Source: Prevotella sp.
GTDB lineage: Bacteria; Bacteroidota; Bacteroidia; Bacteroidales; Dysgonomonadaceae
DNA: 54,565 nt
NCBI GenBank assembly: GCA_031285625.1
Contig: JAITVV010000075.1
Coordinates: 1 to 54,565, forward strand
Reading direction: 5' to 3'
The translations under genes and the position numbers were made by a program. The notes beneath the pieces are model-generated. The model saw nothing but the letters and a program-made list of their open reading frames with translations. It ran no database searches and had not been told where the DNA came from. Below, piece by piece: positions 1 through 10,255 of this stretch (its first letter is position 1; each line of letters begins with the position of its first letter).

Positions 1-56
1 GTACACGTAAGGGTAGAAAGAAAACTGTTGCTAACAAGAAAAAAGCTACAAAATAA
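1..56 (+). CDS. rpsM: 30S ribosomal protein S13, C-terminal fragment (partial)
   Basis: Frame reads TRKGRKKTVANKKKATK-stop (TAA 54-56), directly upstream of rpsK as in the alpha operon. Confidence 0.9.
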   Translation, partial: TRKGRKKTVANKKKATK

Positions 57-66
57 TTAATTTGAT

Positions 67-456
67 ATGGCAAAAAAAACAGTCGCAGCGAAAAAAAGAA
101 ATGTTAAGGTGGATGCAATTGGTCAAGCCCATGTGCATTCTTCTTTCAACAATATTATTATCTCGCTTACAAACAGCGATGGCCAGGTTATCAGTTGGTC
201 ATCAGCAGGGAAGATGGGTTTCAGAAGTTCTAAAAAGAACACCCCTTATGCAGCTCAAATGGCAGCTTCAGATTGCGCTAAAGTTGCGTTTGACTTAGGA
301 TTGAGAAAAGTAAAAGTATTTGTAAAAGGACCCGGAAATGGACGTGAGTCTGCTATCCGTACCATCCATGCAGCAGGTATTGAAGTAACAGAAATCGTTG
401 ACGTTACTCCACTTCCTCACAATGGATGTCGTCCTCCAAAACACAGAAGAGTTTAA
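67..456 (+). CDS. rpsK: 30S ribosomal protein S11
   Basis: [20 protein letters not shown] and PHNGCRPPK motifs. Confidence 0.99.
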   Translation: MAKKTVAAKKRNVKVDAIGQAHVHSSFNNIIISLTNSDGQVISWSSAGKMGFRSSKKNTPYAAQMAASDCAKVAFDLGLRKVKVFVKGPGNGRESAIRTIHAAGIEVTEIVDVTPLPHNGCRPPKHRRV

Positions 457-480
457 TCAAGTTTAAAAATTTGGATCTTC

Positions 481-530
481 AATTGTGATTTGATTACAAT
501 GACCCTCTCTGTAATCGCGGCTGCACAATT
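481..530 (+). promoter_or_regulatory. Structured leader upstream of rpsD, putative S4 autoregulatory RNA
   Basis: Nested stems AATTGTG(481-487)/CACAATT(524-530) and GATTACA(492-498)/TGTAATC(510-516) with a GCGGCTG internal loop, in the rpsK-rpsD spacer. Confidence 0.6.
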
Positions 531-562
531 TTAGCTTCATTAATTATTAATTAGTAAAGAAA

Positions 563-1171
563 ATGGCAAGATATACTGGACCAAAATCAAAAATCGCCCG
601 TAAATTCGGAGAGCCAATATTCGGACCTGACAAAGTTCTGTCAAAAAAGAACTATCCTCCGGGACAACATGGTAACGGTAGGAAGAAAAAATCGTCTGAG
701 TACGGTATTCAGCTACGTGAAAAACAAAAAGCCAAATATACTTATGGAGTTCTTGAAAAACAATTCCGTAACATGTTTGACAAAGCTTTGAGCTCACGTG
801 GTATCACAGGGGAAGTATTACTTCAAATGCTAGAATCAAGATTAGACAATGTTGTTTTCCGTTTAGGTATTGCTCCTACAAGAGCAGCAGCACGTCAGCT
901 TGTTTCTCACCGTCATATTGTAGTTGACGGGTCTGTAGTAAATATTCCTTCATATTCACTAAAACCAGGACAATTAGTAGGTGTTCGCGAAAAATCAAAA
1001 TCGCTTGAAGTGGTTAGCGAAGCTCTATCTGGTTTTAATCATAGCAAATACCCTTGGATCGAGTGGGATCAGGCTACAATGACAGGAAAATTCTTACATC
1101 TTCCTGAAAGAACAGACATCCCAGAAAACATTAAAGAACAGTTGATCGTAGAGTTGTATTCTAAAAATTAA
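563..1171 (+). CDS. rpsD: 30S ribosomal protein S4
   Basis: MARYTGP start; YPPGQHG, LREKQK and [10 protein letters not shown] motifs. Confidence 0.99.
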   Translation: MARYTGPKSKIARKFGEPIFGPDKVLSKKNYPPGQHGNGRKKKSSEYGIQLREKQKAKYTYGVLEKQFRNMFDKALSSRGITGEVLLQMLESRLDNVVFRLGIAPTRAAARQLVSHRHIVVDGSVVNIPSYSLKPGQLVGVREKSKSLEVVSEALSGFNHSKYPWIEWDQATMTGKFLHLPERTDIPENIKEQLIVELYSKN

Positions 1172-1179
1172 TTAAATTC

Positions 1180-2172
1180 ATGGCTATATTAGCATTTCAA
1201 AAACCGGATAAAGTATTGATGTTAGAAGCGGATGATTTCTTCGGGAAATTCGAATTTCGTCCGTTAGAACCCGGGTATGGTATCACCGTGGGTAATGCTT
1301 TGCGCCGTATTTTGCTTTCTTCTCTTGAAGGTTTTGCTATCACTTCTATAAAAATCGACGGTGTCGAACATGAATTTGCCACTGTACCAGGTGTTATAGA
1401 AGATGTAACAAACATTATCCTGAACTTGAAACAAGTTCGGTTTAAGCAAATCGTAGAAGAGATTGAAAACGAAAAGGTAAGCATTACTATTTCAGGTACC
1501 GAAGTATTCAAAGCTGGAGATATCGGAAAGCATCTGTCAGGATTTGAAGTATTGAACCCTGATCTTGAAATTTGTCATTTAGACAAAAGTGCTAACTTCC
1601 AAATCGAGTTGAATATTAACAAAGGCCGGGGATATGTACCTGCTGATGAAAATCGTAGTCTGTCCGACGATGTTAATGTTATAGCTATTGATTCTATTTA
1701 TACTCCTATCCGTAATGTAAAATACTCGATAGAAAACTATCGTGTAGAACAAAAAACGGATTATGAGAAACTCGTTATAGAAATAGCGACCGATGGATCT
1801 ATTCATCCGAAAGATGCTTTGAAAGAAGCAGCTAAGATTCTTATACACCACTTTATGTTGTTCTCTGATGAGAAAATTCTTCTTGAACAAAATGAAGTTG
1901 ATGGAAATGAAGAATTTGATGAAGAAATCCTGCACATGCGTCAGTTGCTGAAAACCAAGTTGGCAGATATGAACCTTTCGGTTCGTGCGCTTAACTGTTT
2001 AAAATCGGCAGAAGTGGAAACACTTGGGGAATTGGTTCAATTCAACAAGAACGACCTGCTTAAATTCAGAAACTTTGGTAAAAAATCACTTACCGAGCTT
2101 GATGAATTACTGGATAGCCTGAGCCTGTCTTTCGGGATGGATATTTCTAAATATAAATTAGATAAAGATTAG
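1180..2172 (+). CDS. rpoA: RNA polymerase alpha subunit
   Basis: [21 protein letters not shown]; alpha-[12 protein letters not shown] and NFGKKSL. Confidence 0.99.
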   Translation: MAILAFQKPDKVLMLEADDFFGKFEFRPLEPGYGITVGNALRRILLSSLEGFAITSIKIDGVEHEFATVPGVIEDVTNIILNLKQVRFKQIVEEIENEKVSITISGTEVFKAGDIGKHLSGFEVLNPDLEICHLDKSANFQIELNINKGRGYVPADENRSLSDDVNVIAIDSIYTPIRNVKYSIENYRVEQKTDYEKLVIEIATDGSIHPKDALKEAAKILIHHFMLFSDEKILLEQNEVDGNEEFDEEILHMRQLLKTKLADMNLSVRALNCLKSAEVETLGELVQFNKNDLLKFRNFGKKSLTELDELLDSLSLSFGMDISKYKLDKD

Positions 2173-2180
2173 TAAGCGAC

Positions 2181-2786
2181 ATGAGACATAATAAAAAATT
2201 TAATCATTTAGGGCGTACAAGCTCACACAGAAAAGCTATGCTCTCTAATATGTGTGCATCTTTGCTGCTTAGTCCTAACAAACGTATTTTTACAACTGTA
2301 GCGAAAGCTAAAGCGTTGAAAAAAGTTGTAGAACCTATCATCACTAAGTCAAAAGAAGACACAACTCATTCAAGACGTTTGGTTTTCCAAGACTTGCAAA
2401 ATAAAACTGCAGTTACTGAGTTGTTTCAGAATATATCTCAAAAAGTGGCAGACCGTCCGGGTGGATACACTCGTATTATCAAGACAGGTGCTCGTTTAGG
2501 AGATAATGCAGCAATGTGCTTTATTGAGTTGGTAGACTATAACGAAAACATGCTTAAAGAGAAGAAAGCAGCTTCGAAAGGTAGAACTCGTAGGTCTAAG
2601 AAAAATGCTGATGCTGCAGAGGTAGCTCCTAAAGCAAAGGAAACAGCGAAAAAAGCAAAAGCTGAAAAGGTAGAAGAAGTGGAGGCTCTTGAAGCAGCTC
2701 CGGAATCTTTGCCTGTAGTCGATGCAGCTCCAGAGGCAACTCCGGAAGCTCCTGCTGTAGAAGAACCGAAAAAAGAGGAAGAATAA
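2181..2786 (+). CDS. rplQ: 50S ribosomal protein L17 with Ala/Glu/Pro-rich C-terminal extension
   Basis: [12 protein letters not shown] and [10 protein letters not shown] motifs; low-complexity tail. Confidence 0.98.
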   Translation: MRHNKKFNHLGRTSSHRKAMLSNMCASLLLSPNKRIFTTVAKAKALKKVVEPIITKSKEDTTHSRRLVFQDLQNKTAVTELFQNISQKVADRPGGYTRIIKTGARLGDNAAMCFIELVDYNENMLKEKKAASKGRTRRSKKNADAAEVAPKAKETAKKAKAEKVEEVEALEAAPESLPVVDAAPEATPEAPAVEEPKKEEE

Positions 2787-2808
2787 ATATTTCCTTATAA
2801 TATGAAAT

Positions 2809-2841
2809 AAAAAAAGTATCCGGAGCCGGATACTTTTTTTT
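2809..2841 (+). terminator. Intrinsic terminator of the alpha operon (bidirectional-type)
   Basis: A-tract, GTATCCGG/CCGGATAC stem, T-tract. Confidence 0.9.
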
Positions 2842-3111
2842 GCTTATAAAGCACTAATGTTGCAAGTAGTAATCGGAAATAAAGACTAGTTGTGTCAATC
2901 AATCTTTATCTATTGTAATTTTGTAGTTTCTCTGTACTAAGATTGGAAGTCCCTTTGTTATAAGTATTACTTATTCCGATATTACTAAGATGCACTTTTA
3001 ATATAAATGTTGCATAGTAATATAGAAAAAAATGAAAAATATATTATAAAAAATCAATGATTATGTATAATATGTTGATGTACAATTTGTTATATTATTG
3101 TTAAAATATTC

Positions 3112-5505
3112 CTATTTAATAGAAAATTTTATAGATAGGCTTGCGCCTGTTTCATCCACTACAGTTAATGTGTGCTCTCCTTTGTCCGGAGCATATTCTT
3201 TTTTATGGAAAATTTCCGTTTCTCCAATATATTGACCATCCAAATGCCAGAAAACACGACTTTGCGAAGATCTGTGGGCTAACTCAAAAATAATTTGTCC
3301 GGGAGTGCCGTCCAATTGTTTAGGAAGACTGATAACAGCATTTGGAAAAGGATAAATAAATTCCATTGGCCTGATGTCTGTATCCTTTCTGCATTCGGGC
3401 GAATAAGGAGGTAATGAGCGATAGGCAGGATGTTGTTCCTTATAATACCATTCCCAGGATGGAGGCAAAACAAACCAGGAAGTATGCGTAATACCCCTGC
3501 TTCCGGCACAATCTTCATAAACCTGATAACGCATATCTTCTGATAGGTGCACTAATTTGTGGTAAGTGCATACAGAAGCATCCAGTCCTTTTTTACATAC
3601 CCATGCTGTATCCGTTCCTGTCTCAGGGCAATTCATACTCTTCAGGCAACCGCTCTCATGACATATCTCTGCTTGTATGAGATCTCTGTCAGGGCGTTCA
3701 AACCAGCGTCCTTGTGGTAATGAATTGAAAATGTCAAACATTACCATGCCGGCAGTTCTAGCTCCGGTAAGGCCTGGGCGTCCTTCACCGTCCGAGTTGC
3801 CTACCCATACTCCTACTACATATTTTGAACTGACTCCTACTGCCCAGCCATCACGAAACCCGAAACTTGTACCTGTTTTCCATGCAATTTTCTGGATAGA
3901 TGGGATTGACCGCCAGTCTATTTCTTCAGGACGATTTACATTCGTTAAGGCATCGAAAGTAAGCCAGATAGCTCCGGCGGAGAATAGGGGATTGCGTATT
4001 CTATCTCCCTTTTCATTGTTATCGTTTTTGAGTATATATGATGGTTGTTGTAAATCGTAATATCTGCCGTCTTCGTTGAACATATTGAGCCGCTGCGCCA
4101 TCTGTAAGTACATAGAACTTATATCCCATAACTTACCTTCAGCACCTCCCAGAATGAGTGATAAACCATAATTATCTGCAGAACGGTCAAGAGTGGTCAT
4201 CCCAGCTTTTTTCAAGAGATTATAGAACTTAGGGACACTATAATTCCTTAATGATACTACAAATGGTACATTCAGGGACCGTGCCAGGGCTTCCGATGCA
4301 TGTACCGCACCATCATATTGCAGGCTGAAGTTTTTGGGTGCAAACCCTTTAAGATTAATAGGTACATCAGGGAGTAGTTGCTCTGGTAATAGCTCACCCT
4401 CCTGTAGCATAGCACAATATAGAAATGGTTTGAGGATACTACCTGTACTACGGGGTGATTGTATCACATCAACTTGATTTGCAGAAATATCTTTCTCGAA
4501 ATCAACATTCCCACAATAAGCTAATACTTCATTCTTATCTACATCAAGAATCAGGGCTGCAATATTTTTGACTCCGTTTTGGGCAAATTCGGCATTCCAA
4601 CGGCTGAGTATAGATTCGGTACGTTCTTGCTGATATTTATCTATAGTAGAAGTAATGTGTTTGCCCCCATTTTCTTTATATATTTTTGTTACCAGATGCG
4701 GTGCAATTTGGGGTAGGGGATGTGGCTGAAAAGGTAATGGTTCGCCCATAGCAAGTTCATAATCCACTTTCTCGATAATATTGCGTTCATGGAGTTGTTG
4801 GAGCAGTTTGTTTCTCTTATTCAATAGCTTGTCTCTGTTGCGTCCAAAATGCATCAGGCTGGGCGAATTTGGGAGCACAGCCAGGGTGGCAGCTTCAGCC
4901 CATGATAATGTCGCTGCTTGATGTCCGAAGTAACGCCACGACGCAGCCTCTATACCAACAACATTTCCTCCCATAGGAGCATGCGATGCGTAAAGGCTTA
5001 ATATCTCATCTTTTGAATAAGAGAATTCTAACCGGGTAGCAAGAATCATTTCTATAAATTTCTCACCGAATGTGCGGCTTTCTTTACGTGATAACCGGAT
5101 AGTTTGCATGGTGATAGTGCTGGCACCACTGACAATTCTGCCGGTGCTTATATTTTGCTTGATAGCGCGGGCTAAGGCCAGAGGGTTTACGCCCCAATGA
5201 GAGTAATAGTGCCTGTCTTCAAACTCTATCAGGCAGGTTTTATATTTATCAGGCACAGAGTCTGATGTAGGAAATCGCCATTGCTGATCGTCAGCTATAC
5301 GGGCTCCGAGTAGTTCTTCATGCCTGTCGGAAACAACAGTGCTATATGATACATGAAATAGGGGAGAGGGCAAACATAAGATATACCAAACAAGCAGAAT
5401 AATACAAACGGGTATCCCTATTTTGTATTTCATCTTACTCTTCTTATATCTGTTGAAGAGGTTAATAATTGCCTGCCTGATGATATTTATGTAATGTTTG
5501 ATCAT
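3112..5505 (-). CDS. pbpC: Penicillin-binding protein 1C
   Basis: Transglycosylase motifs FEDRHYYSHWG and GASTITMQ; transpeptidase SILK, SLN and KTG; C-terminal beta domain; start overlaps the GNAT stop (ATGA). Confidence 0.95.
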   Translation of the reverse strand: MIKHYINIIRQAIINLFNRYKKSKMKYKIGIPVCIILLVWYILCLPSPLFHVSYSTVVSDRHEELLGARIADDQQWRFPTSDSVPDKYKTCLIEFEDRHYYSHWGVNPLALARAIKQNISTGRIVSGASTITMQTIRLSRKESRTFGEKFIEMILATRLEFSYSKDEILSLYASHAPMGGNVVGIEAASWRYFGHQAATLSWAEAATLAVLPNSPSLMHFGRNRDKLLNKRNKLLQQLHERNIIEKVDYELAMGEPLPFQPHPLPQIAPHLVTKIYKENGGKHITSTIDKYQQERTESILSRWNAEFAQNGVKNIAALILDVDKNEVLAYCGNVDFEKDISANQVDVIQSPRSTGSILKPFLYCAMLQEGELLPEQLLPDVPINLKGFAPKNFSLQYDGAVHASEALARSLNVPFVVSLRNYSVPKFYNLLKKAGMTTLDRSADNYGLSLILGGAEGKLWDISSMYLQMAQRLNMFNEDGRYYDLQQPSYILKNDNNEKGDRIRNPLFSAGAIWLTFDALTNVNRPEEIDWRSIPSIQKIAWKTGTSFGFRDGWAVGVSSKYVVGVWVGNSDGEGRPGLTGARTAGMVMFDIFNSLPQGRWFERPDRDLIQAEICHESGCLKSMNCPETGTDTAWVCKKGLDASVCTYHKLVHLSEDMRYQVYEDCAGSRGITHTSWFVLPPSWEWYYKEQHPAYRSLPPYSPECRKDTDIRPMEFIYPFPNAVISLPKQLDGTPGQIIFELAHRSSQSRVFWHLDGQYIGETEIFHKKEYAPDKGEHTLTVVDETGASLSIKFSIK

Positions 5506-6029
5506 TTTCCTTTCATCGAATACTTATATTCAATACTCTCTTCTCCCTTGCAAATTACCCTATTCTCAAAATCAGGGTTCTTTTTCATCCCTAATGATTC
5601 CATTAGCTTTATTGACGCTGAATTATTAGAATCAGTAATACCTATTATTTGGTTTACATCCCGGTTCTTAAAACAATAATTTATCAGAATGCATAATGCT
5701 TCCTTTGCCAGCCCTTGGTTTTGGTATTCAGGAGAAATATTACATCCTATTTCGGCTGTTCCATCGCTAATCTTAAATGCACAATCTCCGATAAGATTAC
5801 CCTCTTTCTCAATGGCAAGTCCAATCCATTCGTCCTGTTTATCTAATTGTGGATGCTTACATTTACTTACAAAATCAACGGTTTGTTCTTTAGTAAAAGG
5901 TTTCCAGTATTGATATCTGGCTATCTCAGGCAAAGATCTGTATGAGTAGATGGCTTCAATATCCGCATCCTGCATTTCTCTTATAATAATCCTTTCCGAC
6001 AAAATGTGAAAATCTTCCATATATTTCAT
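5502..6029 (-). CDS. GNAT family (RimJ/RimL-like) N-acetyltransferase
   Basis: EIGCNISPEYQNQGLAKEA and NSASIKLMESLGM motifs. Confidence 0.9.
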   Translation of the reverse strand: MKYMEDFHILSERIIIREMQDADIEAIYSYRSLPEIARYQYWKPFTKEQTVDFVSKCKHPQLDKQDEWIGLAIEKEGNLIGDCAFKISDGTAEIGCNISPEYQNQGLAKEALCILINYCFKNRDVNQIIGITDSNNSASIKLMESLGMKKNPDFENRVICKGEESIEYKYSMKGK

Positions 6030-6077
6030 TATAAGTCGTAAATGTACAAAAGAAAAGAAAAAGACGAAATGTTTTCT

Positions 6078-6085
6078 TATTTTTG
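6078..6085 (+). promoter_or_regulatory. Bacteroidota -7 promoter box
   Basis: TATTTTTG matches TAnnTTTG, about 33 nt upstream of ATG 6118. Confidence 0.55.
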
Positions 6086-6117
6086 TACGTTTTCTAAATA
6101 CTTACTGTTACTTAAGG

Positions 6118-7152
6118 ATGGAAAAGGAATCTCATGGATTTAGCATATGGAAGATACTGTTGCCAACTTTCATTGGTATAGGTGTCATTGTATTTATGCT
6201 TACCAGAGAGCTCGATGCGGATGATCTCAAACAAATAGAAATAACAGGGCAGACTGTTTTCTGGATTTTCATTGCTTTTTGTTTTATGCTTGGAAGGGAT
6301 ATTGGTTTTACTATCCGTTACCGTTATCTGACGGAGAAGCAATTGTCTTGGAAGCAATGTATAAAAGTAACTCTGTTAGCCGAATTTGGAACAGCTATTA
6401 CTCCCTCTGTTGTTGGGGGGTCTACAATGGCAGTTGTTTTTCTGACAAAAGAAAAAATACCTGTCGGGCGCAGTACAGCAATGGTATTTGTTACACTGTT
6501 GCTCGATGAGATGTTCTTTGTCGTAACTTTCCCTATTCTCCTTTTTTTTATACCCTTCAATACACTATTTTCCGATCATACTGCTTTGGGATCGGGAGTA
6601 CTTGTCTTATTTATTGTTGCGTATATTATAAAAATGCTCTTATGTACCCTGTTGGTTGTTGGCCTTTTCTTCAGACCTCAAGCTATCCGTTGGCTGATTA
6701 TTAAATTATTCAGGTTGCCATTTCTGCGGCGTTGGCACAAAAGTGCGGTAAAGGCTGGTGATGACCTTGTTGTGAGCTCTAAAGAAATCCGGGGAAAGGG
6801 AATAACGTTCTGGTGGCCGCTGATTACTGCTACCATTCTTTCTTGGTGTTCACGTTATCTGGTAGTAAATGCTTTGTTTATGGCTTTCTTTGAGGTGCAT
6901 AACAACTTGCTTATATTTGCCCGCCAGTTTATAATGTGGATTGTGATGGTAGTTAGCCCAACTCCGGGAGGTAGCGGATTCAGTGAGTTTATATTTAAGC
7001 AATACCTGAGTGAGTTTATTCCTTTGGCTGGTGTAGTGCCTTTGATTATATTGTTATGGAGATTACTCACTTACTATAATTATCTGTTTGTTGGTGCACT
7101 GATTGTTCCTCGATGGGTGAAAAGATCATTTGGGAAGAAGGAGCAGGAATAG
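6118..7152 (+). CDS. Lysylphosphatidylglycerol synthase TM / flippase-like (UPF0104) membrane protein
   Basis: Multiple TM helices; ITPSVVGG, PTPGGSG and LLWRLLTYY motifs. Confidence 0.85.
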   Translation: MEKESHGFSIWKILLPTFIGIGVIVFMLTRELDADDLKQIEITGQTVFWIFIAFCFMLGRDIGFTIRYRYLTEKQLSWKQCIKVTLLAEFGTAITPSVVGGSTMAVVFLTKEKIPVGRSTAMVFVTLLLDEMFFVVTFPILLFFIPFNTLFSDHTALGSGVLVLFIVAYIIKMLLCTLLVVGLFFRPQAIRWLIIKLFRLPFLRRWHKSAVKAGDDLVVSSKEIRGKGITFWWPLITATILSWCSRYLVVNALFMAFFEVHNNLLIFARQFIMWIVMVVSPTPGGSGFSEFIFKQYLSEFIPLAGVVPLIILLWRLLTYYNYLFVGALIVPRWVKRSFGKKEQE

Positions 7153-7235
7153 GAGCCCTATTTCAGCATAGAATAATTATCTATACTTATAGCTGTAACT
7201 AACAATAATAGTAACAATACAAATTGTTTAAAGAA

Positions 7236-7258
7236 CTGTTACTTTTGTCACCTTTTAT
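7236..7258 (+). repeat. 23-bp dispersed repeat, copy 1
   Basis: CTGTTACTTTTGTCACCTTTTAT is the exact reverse complement of 34610-34632. Confidence 0.85.
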
Positions 7259-7278
7259 ATATAAATGATTGAATATAA

Positions 7279-7482
7279 ATGGAATTGTATGTAAACAATG
7301 ACGACCATTCTGTAACCTCAAAGAATGAATTGGAAAGTATTCTGAAGCTATATGAATCTGTTACCTATAGAGAATTCTCTATAAGCAATGGCAAAACATC
7401 GTTGTTGGTGGTAATGAATGAAAAACATTCATTGTGCATTTATTTTAAAGATATGGATGGTGGCGAAAACATGCATAAATAA
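7279..7482 (+). CDS. Small hypothetical protein, possibly a truncated immunity (Imm1-like) protein
   Basis: 67-aa ORF between a TAnnTTTG box and glycerate kinase; family resemblance by eye only. Confidence 0.45.
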   Translation: MELYVNNDDHSVTSKNELESILKLYESVTYREFSISNGKTSLLVVMNEKHSLCIYFKDMDGGENMHK

Positions 7483-7484
7483 TT

Positions 7485-8630
7485 ATGGAGAAACATATTT
7501 TTGTAATAGCGCCCGATTCATTCAAAGGCTCTATGACGGCCAAACAGGTGTGTGATGCGGTCGAAAAAGGTATAAAAAACGTTTTTCCGGAGGCAAAATG
7601 TATAAAAGTGCCAATGGCAGATGGAGGTGAAGGCACTGTTCAGTCTTTAGTAGATGCTACAGAAGGTAAAGTATATGAAGCGAGAGTAACAGGGCCTTTG
7701 GGTACTCCTGTAATGGCTCAATATGGCATATTAGGTGGCGCGGAAACAGCAGTAATTGAGATGGCCTCGGCCAGTGGTATCCAGCTGGTTAATGAGGATA
7801 CGCGCAATCCGCTTATAACAACAACTTTTGGTGCCGGAGAGTTGGTGAAAGCCTGCCTCGATAGAGGGGTTACCCGGCTTATGATGGGAATAGGCGGCAG
7901 TGCTACCAATGATGGAGGGGCAGGTTTCGCTCAGGCTCTCGGGGTTCGGTTTCTCGATAAGAAAGGAGAGGAACTACCCTTTGGAGGCCTGGCCTTAAAA
8001 GATTTGGAGAGAATAGATATCTCAAATCTGGATAAAAGACTCCAATATACAACATTAAAAGTAGTTTGCGATGTATCAAACCCGTTATGTGGTGAAAATG
8101 GTGCTTCCTTTATCTTTGGTCCGCAAAAGGGAGCTACACCCGAAATGGTAGAATCCCTGGATAATGCTTTATTACATTATGCCGGAATCGTTAAGGCTCA
8201 GTTCGGTAAAGATGTAAAAGATATTCAGGGAGCTGGTGCTGCAGGTGGATTGGGAGCGGGATTACTAGCCTTTACAAATGCTAGCCTTGAAAGAGGGGTG
8301 GAAATAATAATTGACTATACCCGATTGCGGGATATCATAAAAGATGCAGATTTTGTTTTTACCGGTGAAGGAAAGATCGATATACAGACGCAATATGGAA
8401 AAACTCCTTATGGAGTAGCACAAATAGCAAAGGAAGAGAATAAGAAAGTAATAGCTATAGCCGGATATATAGAAAAAGGTATGTGTGAATTATATACCCG
8501 TGAATTTGACTTTATGCTGAGTATTGTTGATAAAACAATATCTGAGGAAGAGTCTATGAAGAACGGAGAGTTGAATATAGAAAAAAGAGTAACACAATTT
8601 ATTATTGATAATAAGTCGATATTTTGCTAA
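7485..8630 (+). CDS. glxK: Glycerate kinase (GlxK/GarK family)
   Basis: APDSFKGS, PMADGGEGT, GIGGSATNDGG, GAGAAGG and TGEG motifs. Confidence 0.96.
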   Translation: MEKHIFVIAPDSFKGSMTAKQVCDAVEKGIKNVFPEAKCIKVPMADGGEGTVQSLVDATEGKVYEARVTGPLGTPVMAQYGILGGAETAVIEMASASGIQLVNEDTRNPLITTTFGAGELVKACLDRGVTRLMMGIGGSATNDGGAGFAQALGVRFLDKKGEELPFGGLALKDLERIDISNLDKRLQYTTLKVVCDVSNPLCGENGASFIFGPQKGATPEMVESLDNALLHYAGIVKAQFGKDVKDIQGAGAAGGLGAGLLAFTNASLERGVEIIIDYTRLRDIIKDADFVFTGEGKIDIQTQYGKTPYGVAQIAKEENKKVIAIAGYIEKGMCELYTREFDFMLSIVDKTISEEESMKNGELNIEKRVTQFIIDNKSIFC

Positions 8631-8658
8631 TTTTGTTCCACTTAAAATTAAACTGTAT

Positions 8659-9477
8659 ATGAAAAAGTTAAGTGTCTTATTTTTGTTGATCGTACTCACT
8701 TTAGCCTCTACACAGGCTCAGGTTGTTGATACAATTGAGGTTTTCAGCACTAAAATGAATCGTAGTATTAAAAATGTAGTAGTGCTTCCTGCCGGTTATG
8801 ATAAATCGGGAGATGTAAAGTATCCGGTACTATATCTGCTACATGGACATGGAGGACGTTACAACTCATGGATTGATCTGAAGAAAACACTTCCCCAGGA
8901 TATTACGAGACTAGGAATGATAGTGGTTTGTCCTGATGGACAGAATAGCTGGTATTGGGATAGCCCTGTAGATCCGTCTTTTCAGTTTGAGACTTATGTA
9001 AGCAAAGAACTGGTGGAATACATTGACCAAAACTATAATACAATAACTTCTCCTAAAGGTAGGGCAGTAACAGGTCTTAGTATGGGTGGTCATGGTGGCC
9101 TGTGGTTAGGTATAAATCATCCTGATGTTTTTGGCGCATGTGGCTCTATGAGCGGAGGTGTGGATATACGTCCTTTCCCAAACAATTGGAATATGAAGCA
9201 ACGGATCGGTACTTATAAAGAAAACCCTGAAGTCTGGGATAACCATACTGTGATCACACAATTGCACAAAATAGAACCGGGTACACTGGCTATTACCTTC
9301 GACTGTGGAAAAGATGACTTCTTCTTCAGGGTAAATGAAGAACTACATAAAGAAATGATGGACCGTAATATCTTACATGACTATACTGTACGGCCTGGAG
9401 CACATACTGGTGAATACTGGAGTAATTCTCTGGATTATCAGATGTTGTTTTTTTATAAGTTTTTCAATCAGAAATAA
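8659..9477 (+). CDS. Secreted alpha/beta-hydrolase (esterase family)
   Basis: Signal peptide from ATG 8659; YPVLYLLHG, nucleophile GLSMGG, C-terminal catalytic His (GAH). Confidence 0.9.
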   Translation: MKKLSVLFLLIVLTLASTQAQVVDTIEVFSTKMNRSIKNVVVLPAGYDKSGDVKYPVLYLLHGHGGRYNSWIDLKKTLPQDITRLGMIVVCPDGQNSWYWDSPVDPSFQFETYVSKELVEYIDQNYNTITSPKGRAVTGLSMGGHGGLWLGINHPDVFGACGSMSGGVDIRPFPNNWNMKQRIGTYKENPEVWDNHTVITQLHKIEPGTLAITFDCGKDDFFFRVNEELHKEMMDRNILHDYTVRPGAHTGEYWSNSLDYQMLFFYKFFNQK

Positions 9478-9503
9478 CTATCTTTAGGTTCTCAAACTAT
9501 CAA

Positions 9504-10160
9504 ATGGAACGGAAAGAAATTATAATAGCTGACAAACAGGATATAACCCGTATCGGTATAGAGGCATTGGTAAGAGAGGCAAAAAATGTATCTGCGATTT
9601 CCTATGCTGATACCAAAGCCGAATTGGTTAAACAGTTAACCCAGTACCCTGAAGCTGTTATAGTTCTGGATTATACATTATCTGACTTTGCCGGAGTTGA
9701 TGAACTGCTGAATGTTGGGTATCGGTTCCCTCAAGCCAGGTGGCTGTTGTTTTCTGATGAATTAAGCTATGATTTTATTCGTCGGTTAACCACCAGCAGC
9801 GAAGTGTATAGCATTGTCCTTAAGTCCTGTGACTTAGATGAAATCAATATGGGACTTGTACACGCATTCCGTGGTGAGCGGTTTATTTGTGGCAGGGTTA
9901 CTAATCAGTTATTACAGGCACAGAAACCTGCTTCCGATACATTAGATCATATATTGACTACCACCGAAAGAGAAATACTTAAGGAGATTGCTATTGGTAA
10001 GACTACGAAAGAGATAGCCGCTAATCGTAATCTTAGTTTTCATACCATTATAACTCATCGGAAGAATATTTTTCGCAAGCTGGATGTAAATAATGTGCAT
10101 GAAGCCACAAAGTATGCTATGCGAGCCGGGTTGGTAGATATGGCAGAATATTATATCTAG
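9504..10160 (+). CDS. LuxR/NarL-family response regulator
   Basis: N-terminal receiver-like domain; LTTTEREIL...TTKEIA...HRKNIFRKL HTH. Confidence 0.92.
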   Translation: MERKEIIIADKQDITRIGIEALVREAKNVSAISYADTKAELVKQLTQYPEAVIVLDYTLSDFAGVDELLNVGYRFPQARWLLFSDELSYDFIRRLTTSSEVYSIVLKSCDLDEINMGLVHAFRGERFICGRVTNQLLQAQKPASDTLDHILTTTEREILKEIAIGKTTKEIAANRNLSFHTIITHRKNIFRKLDVNNVHEATKYAMRAGLVDMAEYYI

Positions 10161-10225
10161 AACCTGGAATCTGGAGGTAAAAGAAAACTTTCCCTTCCAT
10201 ATATCCAACTAAGAACTATTATCCT

Positions 10226-10233
10226 TATTTTTG
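10226..10233 (+). promoter_or_regulatory. Bacteroidota -7 promoter box
   Basis: TATTTTTG about 22 nt upstream of ATG 10256. Confidence 0.55.
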
Positions 10234-10255
10234 TACAAAACATTTATATAAGGAC

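Noticed and set aside
2560-2786. Low-complexity L17 tail as a novelty
   Set aside because: Ala/Glu-rich C-terminal extensions of L17 are common in Bacteroidota
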